Shown piece after piece: positions 19,412 through 28,374 of a DNA stretch of 64,000 bases (position 1 is the stretch's first letter; each line of letters opens with the position of its first letter). The position numbers were made by a program, and so were the translations under genes. Below the pieces are notes generated by a model. The model had not been told where the DNA came from. It saw only the letters and a list, made by a program, of their open reading frames with translations, and searched no databases. Location of the stretch: the NCBI GenBank assembly GCA_035283185.1, contig DATEUJ010000144.1, positions 17,185-81,184 of the forward strand. Direction: 5' to 3'. The DNA is from Anaerolineae bacterium (GTDB taxonomy: Bacteria; Chloroflexota; Anaerolineae; Fen-1058).

Positions 19412-20226
19412 TCAGTCCTCCTCGATTCGACGGCAGCCTGCCCGACGGCGTGGCCGCTCAGGTAGCCGATGTACGCCGGCACCAGCGGCAGCACGCACGG
19501 CGACAGGAACGACAGCAGCCCGCCCAGCACCGCGATGAAGAAGGTCGGGCTTGCCGCGCCGGCCAGTCCCTCGTCGAAGGTGGTGAGTTGCCCGCTCAAC
19601 CGCGCGATGAGCGACGTGAGCGCGCCGGAAATCAGCAGCACGCCCAGCGCGATCAGAAACAGGCCGGTGATGATTTCGATCGCGTGTAGGTGGCGCGTTA
19701 TCTTCCGCACGTGGACGCCAAGCCGGTCGACGAGTAGGCCCATGATCAGGAACGGCACGCCGAGGCCAATGGCGTAGCCAATCGCCAGCAGTAGCGACGC
19801 GCCGGTCTCACCCTGGAAACCCAGTTGCAGGATCGAACCGAGCACCAGCCCGATGCACGGTGTCCAGCCGGCGGCGAAGAACGTGCCCATCGCGAACGAC
19901 GAGACGTAACCCAGTTCGGGCCGGCCCGCGAACTGGCGGCGCGTGTCGTAGTACAGGAAGGGAATCTTGAGCACGCGCATCGTCACCAGCCCGAACACGA
20001 TGATGACGGCGCCACTGATTCGGGCGATTTCGAATTTGTACTGGATGATAAGCGCGCTCAGCAGCGTGAACGCGCCGCCGAACAGCACGACGAAGATGAC
20101 CGAGAACCCCAGCACGAACGAGGTCGCATGTAGAAACGTGCCCAAGCGCTGGGCAGGCGAAACAGGCCGTGCCGTCGCCGAAAGCGTCGCGTGAGACATA
20201 ACCGCGTTCCTCATAGCCCTGGCCAT
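19408..20226 (-). CDS. ccdA: CcdA/DsbD-family thiol-disulfide transporter with an apparently circularly permuted TM order
   Basis: The order read in the ORF is TM2-like (FVLGFSVIFVVLFGG), TM3-like, TM4 (FAAGWTPCIGLVLG), TM5 (YAIGLGVPFLIMG), TM6, and then a canonical TM1 motif (LLSFLSPCVLPLVPAYIGYLSG) at the extreme C-terminus. The start codon is uncertain (20226, 20214 or 20199). Confidence 0.7.
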   Translation of the reverse strand: MARAMRNAVMSHATLSATARPVSPAQRLGTFLHATSFVLGFSVIFVVLFGGAFTLLSALIIQYKFEIARISGAVIIVFGLVTMRVLKIPFLYYDTRRQFAGRPELGYVSSFAMGTFFAAGWTPCIGLVLGSILQLGFQGETGASLLLAIGYAIGLGVPFLIMGLLVDRLGVHVRKITRHLHAIEIITGLFLIALGVLLISGALTSLIARLSGQLTTFDEGLAGAASPTFFIAVLGGLLSFLSPCVLPLVPAYIGYLSGHAVGQAAVESRRTE

Positions 20227-20264
20227 CAGGTCTCCTCTCCGTTCGCGTCGCGTGTATGCTTCCG

Positions 20265-20561
20265 TCAGCGCCCGAACAATTGCCGCAGAAAGCCGGGGCG
20301 TGACCGGTTCAGCCTCTTCAGCACCTCGCCGGGCCACGGCTCGACCATGACCGACGCGTCGGGAAAGATCACCGTCGGCACGGACAGATGCCCACGTGCC
20401 AGCGCGCGCAGCTCGCCTTGGTAGCGCGGATCGCCGTCGATCACGTCGCGCCACTCATGCGGGATGCGGTATTCGTGCAGCGTGTCCGCCAGCAGGCTGG
20501 CCTGCGGACAATAGACGTGACCGTACACGATCAGTCGCTCGCCGGCGCGAGGGTCATCCAT
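20265..20561 (-). CDS. glutaredoxin/NrdH-like small redox protein (single Cys, CPQA)
   Basis: RLIVYGHVYCPQASLL...VPTVIFPDASVMVEP resembles the Grx domain of the Grx-TrxR fusion. Confidence 0.6.
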   Translation of the reverse strand: MDDPRAGERLIVYGHVYCPQASLLADTLHEYRIPHEWRDVIDGDPRYQGELRALARGHLSVPTVIFPDASVMVEPWPGEVLKRLNRSRPGFLRQLFGR

Positions 20562-20657
20562 ACCGTCACCACTCCGATCAAAGTTTACCATTAATGGGCC
20601 GGGCCGGGCCGGGCGTGTGCTGCCCGACCCGACCCTCACACTGATCGGGTCGCGCCT

Positions 20658-21113
20658 TCAGCCGATAAACAATCCATACACCAGCGCGACGACCACGCCG
20701 TAGATCACGTGGCCGATCAGCCCACCCATGAAGGCCATCACACCGCCGTTGCTCAGCATGTACACGCCGGGCGCCTGAACCGTGCCCGCCTTGATGCCCT
20801 CGTGCAGCATCGGCATGCCGCCCATCACCAGTCCGGCGGCCAGCCAGTGAACGGCGCCGAACAGCGCGCCGCTGCCCACGCTGACCGATCCGACGCCTGC
20901 GCTCCACAGCGCGGCGTAGATGATGGCGAAGATCGCGCCCATCATGAAGTGGAGCACCCAGCCGAGCGTGTTGTTGCCATCCTTGCTGAACATGGAGCCG
21001 AGCATCTCCCAGATCGCCATCTTGGGCATGCCCATCCTGGGAGCCATCGCCATCACTATGCTGATGACGGCGGTTCCAACTATACCTGCCACGACTGCGC
21101 CTACGATGTTCAT
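20658..21113 (-). CDS. small integral membrane protein (4 TM), unknown function
   Basis: ATG 21113. MNIVGAVVAGIVGTAVISIVMAMAP... is Gly/Ala/Val-rich with TM segments. Confidence 0.55.
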   Translation of the reverse strand: MNIVGAVVAGIVGTAVISIVMAMAPRMGMPKMAIWEMLGSMFSKDGNNTLGWVLHFMMGAIFAIIYAALWSAGVGSVSVGSGALFGAVHWLAAGLVMGGMPMLHEGIKAGTVQAPGVYMLSNGGVMAFMGGLIGHVIYGVVVALVYGLFIG

Positions 21114-21348
21114 GTCTGCCCCCTGTGATATGAAAACAGATCTTTCATACCCTCTAGACGCCTTGAAGCGGGAGTTTCTTACACAAGTATTGAGGCATGC
21201 ATTTTCTTTCGTGAGTGCGTAAGACTCCAGAAGCCGAACGCGTCTATATGGCAGACGGCGACCCACTACTTTCTTCTTCTCCTCCTGTGAGCGAGCCCCG
21301 GAGGGCGACCTTCGGGGCTCGGCGCATCTGGCACGAAAGGATTTGTAC

Positions 21349-21786
21349 TCACTGCTGACTGAGCAGAAAGGCCACCAGGTCCGCGATCTGCTGCTCGGAT
21401 AAACTCTTTCCAAAGTCCTGAGGCATGATATCCTTGAAGCACGTGCCAGTCGGGCAGTTGGAAGCGATAAACGCGTTCGGGGTCAGGATGGATTCGCGGA
21501 TATAACCTTCGGCGTCTTGGGCCGAACCGGTGTACGTGGGATCACTGACTCGCGCAGCCGCTTCTGTTCCGATGTGCGTCAAGTTCGGGCCGATCTGCCC
21601 GTTAGACACGCCCTCGATCGTATGGCAAGTGGCGCAGGGCGGTTTCGCCTCGCTTGTGAACAGCGCTTTGCCCCGCTCGGGATCCCCCCTCGGTGTCGGG
21701 TTACCACCGCACGTAGCCAGCAGCACAGCCAGAACGACGAAGGCAGGCCCAAGTGTGTTCAGATGATACCGTCGATACGCTCTCAT
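21349..21786 (-). CDS. class I c-type cytochrome (lipoprotein)
   Basis: Lipobox LLATCGG. Haem motif CATCH. Distal IMPQDF (Met ligand region). Confidence 0.8.
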   Translation of the reverse strand: MRAYRRYHLNTLGPAFVVLAVLLATCGGNPTPRGDPERGKALFTSEAKPPCATCHTIEGVSNGQIGPNLTHIGTEAAARVSDPTYTGSAQDAEGYIRESILTPNAFIASNCPTGTCFKDIMPQDFGKSLSEQQIADLVAFLLSQQ

Positions 21787-21878
21787 GTAACTCCTTGTGT
21801 GGAACGAGGAGGCACGGAGCGCTTCGCTCTGCCCTCCGTGCCTCCTGGCCTAAACTGACGTGTTTGTTGACGGCTGCA

Positions 21879-22412
21879 TTAGCAGTCGGGAGCCGGCGTG
21901 ACCATGAAGTTCTGATCGACTCCGGGTGCAACGGCCCCCCAGGGCGCCTCGAAGTTGCGCACCGCCACGTGCACGAACCACACGCCCTCCGCTCCCGGCT
22001 CGCCGCCGTGCGTGTCGTTCTGCAGATCGTGAAAGTGAGTGAAGCCCTTGCCGTATGCCTGCTCGACCCGTTCCTGGTCCGATTTGCAGAACTTGCCCGG
22101 AATGCCGAGCGCCACCCAGTTCAGATTCTCAGCCTGCGAGAGATCCATGTTGTCGAAGTGCGTCGCCAGGACCACCCCGCTGGGCAGCATGACCGCCCGA
22201 TGGTCGGACATCGACGGCATCTCGACCGGTGTCATCAACGCTGTGAGTTGCTGCCAGAACTTCGCTGATTTCTCCAGCTCGGCCACCTGCGCCTTGAGGC
22301 TGGCGATCTCCTGATCTTTGGCCGCCACCTCCGACGCGGAGACTCCCGGTGAACAGGCGCTGGCCACGAGGGCCACAAGCGCGAATCCGGCGAACCACTT
22401 TCTGGCTTTCAT
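21879..22412 (-). CDS. lipoprotein of unknown function
   Basis: ATG 22412 with GGAGGAGG RBS. Lipobox LVASACSP. Coiled-coil-like N-terminal part. Confidence 0.6.
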   Translation of the reverse strand: MKARKWFAGFALVALVASACSPGVSASEVAAKDQEIASLKAQVAELEKSAKFWQQLTALMTPVEMPSMSDHRAVMLPSGVVLATHFDNMDLSQAENLNWVALGIPGKFCKSDQERVEQAYGKGFTHFHDLQNDTHGGEPGAEGVWFVHVAVRNFEAPWGAVAPGVDQNFMVTPAPDC

Positions 22413-22593
22413 CGTTGTTCCTCCTCCGTGGGATGGGTTATCGAGGCTGTGCCTCTGTTGATGCTGCGAGAGCGTGTCATGTTGCGAGCGTTGACCACCC
22501 CCTTTCAGATCGAATGTGCGATGGCGTGCCAGGCTGGCACAGTGTCTCCAGGCCGCGTGATCGGTGCCGCTCAAGGCTGAGATCTCACCTGTA

Positions 22594-23094
22594 TCAATCT
22601 GCTTCGAGGTCTTCCATTTCGAGTGTAGTCGTGATGGCTACACAGCCGCCGATACTGCGCGCCACCGGGCAATAATCGGCGTGAAAGCCCAGCACGCGCT
22701 GGGCAGTCTCGCGTTCGGCCGGATCGATTTTCAGGTGGTAACGCACATGAATGCGCCTGAGAATCAGCACCTTGCCGTCCAACTCAACTTCGCCCGTCGC
22801 TTCCGACGTGAGCCGACCTTCGCCAGCAGGAATCCTGCGCGCTTCCAGCGCGCCGCCGAATGTCCCGGTGAGTCAACCGGCGGCGGCAGCTACGACATAA
22901 TCGAGCGTGGCGGCATGCGGCTCGGAGACATCGGGGCTGATGCCATAGTGTTGGGCGATTTCGGAATGGACGCCGAAGCGAATTGGCTCTGTCTCCACGG
23001 GCAGATACGCGCGACGCAGCGGCCCTTTGACTCGCTCAATGCGCACATTGGACTTGTACACCACTTGACCCGGCATATTCGTTGCCTCCAACAA
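22594..23094 (-). CDS. OsmC/Ohr-family peroxiredoxin-like protein with in-frame TGA (putative Sec74) at the first conserved Cys
   Basis: ...LDYVVAAAAG-TGA(22875..22873)-LTGTFGGALEAR...FHADYCPVARS. The OsmC family has ...A(G/A)C... and CP(V/I) motifs. The Cys paragraph counterpart at 33128..33550 has LGACTV and RCPVHR. Confidence 0.7.
22837..22853 (-). promoter_or_regulatory. candidate SECIS hairpin GCGCGC-TGGAA-GCGCGC
   Basis: Perfect 6-bp stem with a 5-nt loop, starting 19 nt after TGA 22875..22873. Confidence 0.45.
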
Positions 23095-23239
23095 GTGGCC
23101 CGCCTCGCGCCCAAAATGATGTGGGACACGTGCATCGAGAGCGAGGCGGGTTGATTCAGGCTGAGTTGGGATAGTGTGCCTTTTTATAGACGCGCTTCAG
23201 GCGCGACATCTTACCTGTGAACTTGTGTTCTGCAGATAC

Positions 23240-23911
23240 ATGCTACAATTGCCACTGATGAAGGTATCGCCCGCCGCCCGCACGAATACGGATTGGCTGA
23301 CCGACTTGCGCGCGCCCGGCCCGGCTCGCGAGGCCGCGCTCGCAGACTTGCGCGCGATCATCCTGGCCGGCCTGCCGTATGCCCTCGCCAACTGGCTGTC
23401 TGCCACCGATCCCCAATTCGACGCCCTGGCCGAAGACGTGACGCAGGAAACGCTGATGCGCGTGCTGGATCGTCTCGACACCTTCGAGGGTCGCAGCCAG
23501 TTCGCCACCTGGGTGCACAAGATCGCCGTGCGCGTCGCACTCACCGAACTGCGCCGCCGCCGTTGGAAGGATGTTTCGCTGGACGCCGTTCTCGCGTCTG
23601 ACGAGGGATCCGCTGAGTCGCAGTCGATGGCGGTAGACGCATCGCCCAGCCCGGAGGCTATCCTCGAGCGAGCCGATATGCTGGCGCGTGTACAGCATAT
23701 AATCCTGGCAGAACTAACCGACAAGCAGCGGCAGGCGATGATGGCGGTCGGTGTGAAGGGCTTACCGCTTGAGGAAGTCGCCCGCCGCATGCATATGGAG
23801 CGCAACGCGCTGTACAAGCTCATGCATGATGCGCGGCTTCGGCTGAAACGGCGACTGCTCCGTGAGGGGTTGACGCCGGAGGATGTGCTCGCAGTATTCG
23901 AGCGGCAGTAA
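23240..23911 (+). CDS. ECF (sigma-70 family) RNA polymerase sigma factor
   Basis: Region 2 (TQETLMRVLDRLDTFEGRSQFATWVHKIAVRVALTELRRRR) and region 4 (LTDKQRQAMMAV...LPLEEVARRMHMERNALYKLMHDARLRLKR). The start could be 23240 or 23258. Confidence 0.8.
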   Translation: MLQLPLMKVSPAARTNTDWLTDLRAPGPAREAALADLRAIILAGLPYALANWLSATDPQFDALAEDVTQETLMRVLDRLDTFEGRSQFATWVHKIAVRVALTELRRRRWKDVSLDAVLASDEGSAESQSMAVDASPSPEAILERADMLARVQHIILAELTDKQRQAMMAVGVKGLPLEEVARRMHMERNALYKLMHDARLRLKRRLLREGLTPEDVLAVFERQ

Positions 23912-23955
23912 GGAACTCGGTGTTAATCGCGTCTATGGGAGGAGAAAGGCGGCAT

Positions 23956-24255
23956 ATGAAGCAGATCATCCGCACACTTCGACGGTGGCTCAGACAGGCA
24001 AGCATGGTGTCAAGCAGACCTATGTCACCGGACGCCGTTCAGAAACTCGTTCGCGAACTGGAGCACACGCGGGACACTGAATACACGTGTGACGACGTGT
24101 TGCGCCTGCTCGACCAGTTCGCCGAGGCTGCCCTGCGCGGCCAAGACGCCGCCCGGCTGATGCCGCTCGTGCAGCACCATCTGGACAACTGCGTAGACTG
24201 CCGCGAGGAGTTCGAGGCGCTGATGCGCATCTTGCGTGCGTCGCCGGCGTTATGA
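23956..24255 (+). CDS. zinc-binding anti-sigma factor (ZAS, zf-HC2)
   Basis: HHLDNCVDCREEF matches H-x3-C-x2-C. Immediately downstream of the ECF sigma gene. RBS GGGAGGAG. Confidence 0.7.
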   Translation: MKQIIRTLRRWLRQASMVSSRPMSPDAVQKLVRELEHTRDTEYTCDDVLRLLDQFAEAALRGQDAARLMPLVQHHLDNCVDCREEFEALMRILRASPAL

Positions 24256-24664
24256 TGCCCGGGTAACTTCCATTGACGGATGCCATTGCGCGTTCCGGAA
24301 CGGAGAGCGGCACAGGCAGCTTGCACCCGCACTCGGCGAAGATCGCCTGTACTTCCTCGAAACCGATCTCCTCTCTCTCCATCAGCACAGCCACAATCCG
24401 GTCGAGTACTTCGCGGTTAAGCCGCAGGGCCTCCCGCGTCAGCGTGTGCCGCTCCTCCAGCGGCTTGTGATCCACGTGCCCCAGTGCTTCACCGTAGCGC
24501 ACAATGGACACCCGGCTGATGCGGTGTTCCGGCTGAAACACGCACGCCGCCAGCGCATGTCCGGCCTCGTGGTAGGCCACGCGCCGCCGATCTTCCGGGC
24601 GCATGTTGGCGATCGGCTGGCGCAGGCCGAGTGTCTGTTCGGGCATGGCCGTGCGAAAAGCCAT
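24020..24664 (-). pseudogene. FtsH-type M41 peptidase remnant (no AAA domain, internally shortened)
   Basis: RRVAYHEAGHALAA (HExxH zinc site) plus a short C-terminal helical part. No ATPase domain is present. The distal 230 nt of the ORF overlaps the convergent anti-sigma gene. Confidence 0.5.
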
Positions 24665-24970
24665 GCGGGTTCACGCGCCGTGAGTAAGATGGGCACGCGA
24701 GAACGCATCTACAAGGCAAGAAGGGAGAGGAATAGATCATGTTTAGTGAGCCACTGGTCGTTTCAGCGCGCATAGCTTATTCGGAGCTATAAGCCAGGGC
24801 AGCACAGTGTTATCGTGTGCCGGCCGAACAGCCAGGCGCTCGCTGCCCTTTTTGTTTGCGGGTAAGACATGAGAACTCATCAGGCACCTATACGGCAAGG
24901 GATGTGAACCAGGAGAGCCACATGCAAGAGGTTGTCGGATTTACGACAGACAAAGTGAGAGAGGTTCGCT

Positions 24971-25723
24971 ATGATGCACACACTTACTAATCGTTTTCAT
25001 CCGACACACGTTCGCCCAGAGAGTTCGCTTGTGGCTGATGTGTGGAACCTGCAGCGGCTCAATCTGTTTGCGGGCCTCAAGCCGGAGACGATGGAGCAAG
25101 TCTTGCGCATCGTCAAGGTCAAACAAATCGCGCGGGGAGAGTTTCTCTTCCGCCCCGGCGATCCCGAGGATCGGCTGTATCTGCTTCATCATGGTCGAGT
25201 CAAGACCTACGTGCTCTCGGGACGAGGACAGGAAAAGATCATGCACCTCTTCTACCCTGGCGATGCTTTTGGCGGTCTATTGCTCGGCACGACCCACGGG
25301 GAATTGCCCTGGGCGCAGGCGCTGGATGACGTGATCGTCAGTTCCATAGATGAGGCGGCTTTCAAGCGCTTCATGCAGACGTTGCCCGATTTATGCATGA
25401 GCCTCTTTCGCTACATGGCCGTCCACCACGCCAACGACATGCGCCGCCTCGAAACGTTCATCCACACCGATGCCAGCCAGCGGCTGGTGCTCACCTTGCT
25501 CGAGCTGGGCGACCGGCTGGGATGCGCCGAGACCGAGTCTTTTGAACTCGGCTCGCGCTTTTCGCACGAAGATCTGGCGAACATGATCGGCGTGGTGCGC
25601 AGCACCGTCTCAGAGACGATCGGTCAACTGCGACAGGCCGGCGTGCTGAGCGGGCAGGGTCGCTGCATGATCGTTCATCGCCTGGCAGCCGAGCGATTCC
25701 TGAGAGAGGGCGTCCATGCCTGA
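24971..25723 (+). CDS. Crp/FNR-family transcriptional regulator
   Basis: cNMP-binding-like N-terminal part and a C-terminal HTH (HEDLANMIGVVRSTVSETIGQLRQAG). Confidence 0.8.
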   Translation: MMHTLTNRFHPTHVRPESSLVADVWNLQRLNLFAGLKPETMEQVLRIVKVKQIARGEFLFRPGDPEDRLYLLHHGRVKTYVLSGRGQEKIMHLFYPGDAFGGLLLGTTHGELPWAQALDDVIVSSIDEAAFKRFMQTLPDLCMSLFRYMAVHHANDMRRLETFIHTDASQRLVLTLLELGDRLGCAETESFELGSRFSHEDLANMIGVVRSTVSETIGQLRQAGVLSGQGRCMIVHRLAAERFLREGVHA

Positions 25724-26012
25724 CAATGACCCGGGTACCGAATGCGCAGACCGCGTAACGCTCTACGTCTGCTCTGGCTGCGAAGCCTGCTATCAGGCCG
25801 CAACCTTCTTGCGAGAATGGGCGAAGGGTTGCCCGAATGTCACGCTGGAGATCGCCCCGGTCTTACAGCAGCCGGAGCAAATCGTCCGGCTGGGTATCAG
25901 TCATACACCGGCGCTGGTCGTGGATGGCGAGTTACTGGCGCAGAACCTATCGGTAGATATGCTGGTCGATCGACTGACGATCCGCCTGAACGGGCCCGCA
26001 GCGGGTTCGTAG
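25716..26012 (+). CDS. small thioredoxin-fold protein (CxxC)
   Basis: VTLYVCSGCEACYQA...TPALVVDGEL. 98 aa. Overlaps the stop of the Crp gene. Confidence 0.6.
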   Translation: MPDNDPGTECADRVTLYVCSGCEACYQAATFLREWAKGCPNVTLEIAPVLQQPEQIVRLGISHTPALVVDGELLAQNLSVDMLVDRLTIRLNGPAAGS

Positions 26013-26086
26013 TCGACCGGCCAAACACGGCGCAGTTTTGCGCCGGGAACGATTCTCATCGCGCCGCACGGCGGCAAGGAGGCTAC

Positions 26087-26374
26087 ATGCTTGAGAAACA
26101 GTACAACGAGGCACGCCAGACGTGCACAGTCACATTCACGTTGCCGGAGGCCATTCAGGCCGAACGCGCCTGTCTGGTAGGCGAGTTCAACGATTGGGAT
26201 GCCGCCGCCACGCCCATGACGCGCGGCGAGGATGGCATCTATCGGGCGACGCTCGATCTGGAGCCGGGGCGCGAGTACCAGTTCCGCTACCTGGTCGACG
26301 GCGAACGCTGGCACAACGGCTTCGGCGAGGACAACGGTGTCGTCGTAACGCCAGGTGGGGAGAGCGTCGCCTGA
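26087..26374 (+). CDS. stand-alone CBM48/AMPK-beta-like glycogen-binding domain protein
   Basis: ATG 26087 with AAGGAGG RBS. VTFTLPE...LVGEFNDWD...YQFRYLVDGERW. Confidence 0.65.
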   Translation: MLEKQYNEARQTCTVTFTLPEAIQAERACLVGEFNDWDAAATPMTRGEDGIYRATLDLEPGREYQFRYLVDGERWHNGFGEDNGVVVTPGGESVA

Positions 26375-26491
26375 CCAGAAACATGGCCCGGCGCGGATTC
26401 GCAGGGTGAGCCTCGCGGGATCACACTCTGCTGACAGGGTTTATCTTACGAATCCGTCACGGGCCGCCACGACTCGCTAAGGAGATTTCCC

Positions 26492-27226
26492 ATGCAAGCA
26501 ATGATTGGCAAGATGGCTCGAATGTATCCCCTGCTGATCGCGATGGGCTTCATGATGCTCATGATCGCCGTCATCGTCGGATACTTCAACTCGCAGACTG
26601 CGGCGGCTTACTTCGCGCAGCCCAAGGAGCTGCGTGAGACGACGCTGATGGCCCAGCGCGCCTCGATCGAAAGCACCGATCTGTGGCTGCCCTACTTCAA
26701 GTTCCTGGGCATCGGCCTGATCCTGGGCGGCATCGTCATGGCGCTGCGCGTGATCATCGACGACCTGAAGGCCGTCGGCGTAGAGGTACTCTCCAACTTA
26801 CCGGCGGAGAAGCGCCCGCCGATGCCCGCCCCGCCGTGGTTCGCGCCGCTGATGCCAATGGTGATGATGGTGGGCGAGGTGATCTTGATCGTCGCGCTGA
26901 TCGTCTCGCTGGGCCTGGCAGCAACCGCCACACAGGTCTTTGCCCACCCCGTGCCGGAGATCGACGCGGCGGGGGCCGGCTCCGCGCTGCTGGCTCAGGT
27001 GCAAACGATTCAGAGCGTGTCGGCCTGGCTGGTGCCGCTCAAGTTCCTGGGCGTCGCGACCGAATTCCTGGCGATCGTCATGGGCCTGGCGACGATCATC
27101 TTCATCCTGGGCGCCCAGACCGAGCTGCTCGACAAAGGCATTCGGATCGGCCGCGGCGAGCAAGGCGTGGTGAGACGCTCAGACGAACAGGTACCGGCCA
27201 GTCGTGCCGGCACAGTCCCGGCCTAG
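26492..27226 (+). CDS. membrane protein, two copies of a 2-TM module (unknown family)
   Basis: Each module is TM, then a ~40-aa loop, then W-x-P-x-x-K/A-F-LG, then TM. The motifs are WLPYFKFLGIGL and WLVPLKFLGVAT. Confidence 0.65.
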   Translation: MQAMIGKMARMYPLLIAMGFMMLMIAVIVGYFNSQTAAAYFAQPKELRETTLMAQRASIESTDLWLPYFKFLGIGLILGGIVMALRVIIDDLKAVGVEVLSNLPAEKRPPMPAPPWFAPLMPMVMMVGEVILIVALIVSLGLAATATQVFAHPVPEIDAAGAGSALLAQVQTIQSVSAWLVPLKFLGVATEFLAIVMGLATIIFILGAQTELLDKGIRIGRGEQGVVRRSDEQVPASRAGTVPA

Positions 27227-27258
27227 ACGCACCCACACAACACCCAAGGAGTCGTATC

Positions 27259-27630
27259 ATGACAAACGTAACACCTCCCGCACACGCCTGGCAGATGAAA
27301 GCCTTCCCGCTCTTCACGCTGCTGGGTTGGGTCCTGATCCTCATATCGTTTCTGATCGGCCTGGTCGTGCTGTCGGCAACCGCGGCCAGTTACTGGGGCG
27401 GCAACGCCAAAGCGGTCCGGGACGCGGCTGAGGCCGGATCGGCGCTGCTCGGTCAACTGCAAACGCTGACCGTCACGCCTCGCTGGCTGGAGCCGCTCGC
27501 CTTCCTGGGCGTGGCTGCGTTCATGACGGGCATCGCGCTGGAGTTCTCGACCATCCCCGCCATCTTGAAGAATCGCGGCCAGGTGATGAGCGTCTCCTTC
27601 CCGCTGATCGTCAAGCTCGGCGGCAAGTAG
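27259..27630 (+). CDS. membrane protein, one copy of the same 2-TM module
   Basis: ATG 27259 with AAGGAG RBS. GSALLGQLQTL...PRWLEPLAFLGVAAFMTG. Confidence 0.65.
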   Translation: MTNVTPPAHAWQMKAFPLFTLLGWVLILISFLIGLVVLSATAASYWGGNAKAVRDAAEAGSALLGQLQTLTVTPRWLEPLAFLGVAAFMTGIALEFSTIPAILKNRGQVMSVSFPLIVKLGGK

Positions 27631-27651
27631 GCCGGAGATAAGGAGACTATC

Positions 27652-28374
27652 ATGGTTGAAGAAAGATCCCCCTTCCCCTTTAATATGATTGAAGGCATGA
27701 TGCCCATGTTCCCGCTGATCGCCGTCATGGGCTGGATGATCGTCCTGATCGCGTTCGCGAACGGGGTCACTGCGCTGGCCTCCTCGCAAGCGACGTTCTT
27801 CTCGGACGCCAAGGCGGTTCGAGAAGGCGCGGCCGCCGGCAGCGCGTTCGTGCAGGCGAACGTCGATTCGCACGTCATTGAGACCTGGGTGCCGCAGTTC
27901 AAGTTCCTCGGCCTGGGCCTGGGTTTGATGGCGATCACTATGGCGCTGGGCACCATCGCCAAGCGGCTGCGCCGCATGGGCCAGGTGATCAGCAGCCACC
28001 TGCCGGCCGACCTGCGCCCACCCATGCCGCCCATCCCCCTGCGTGTGCGCGTGTTCCAGCTCAGCACGCTGATGGGTGTGATGATCCTGCTGGCAGCGTT
28101 GATCATCGGCATCGTGCTGGCGACCGGCGTCGTGCCGTCCTACTGGAACCACTCGATCGCGAACGAGCTGGATCCCGCCGAGCCTGGCTCGGCCCTGCTG
28201 GCCCAGCTCGGCGTCGTCAGTTCGTTCGCCGACTGGCTCAACCCGCTGCGCCTGGTAGGCATGGCCTTCCTGTTCACGGCGATCACCCTCGCTCTGACGG
28301 TGATCATCGGCACATTGCGAATGCAAGCCGGTGTGCTGGTGAACTTCTACCAGCGGGCGAGCAGCCGACAGTAG
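27652..28374 (+). CDS. membrane protein, two copies of the same 2-TM module
   Basis: ETWVPQFKFLGLGLGL and GSALLAQLGVV...DWLNPLRLVGMAF. Confidence 0.65.
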   Translation: MVEERSPFPFNMIEGMMPMFPLIAVMGWMIVLIAFANGVTALASSQATFFSDAKAVREGAAAGSAFVQANVDSHVIETWVPQFKFLGLGLGLMAITMALGTIAKRLRRMGQVISSHLPADLRPPMPPIPLRVRVFQLSTLMGVMILLAALIIGIVLATGVVPSYWNHSIANELDPAEPGSALLAQLGVVSSFADWLNPLRLVGMAFLFTAITLALTVIIGTLRMQAGVLVNFYQRASSRQ

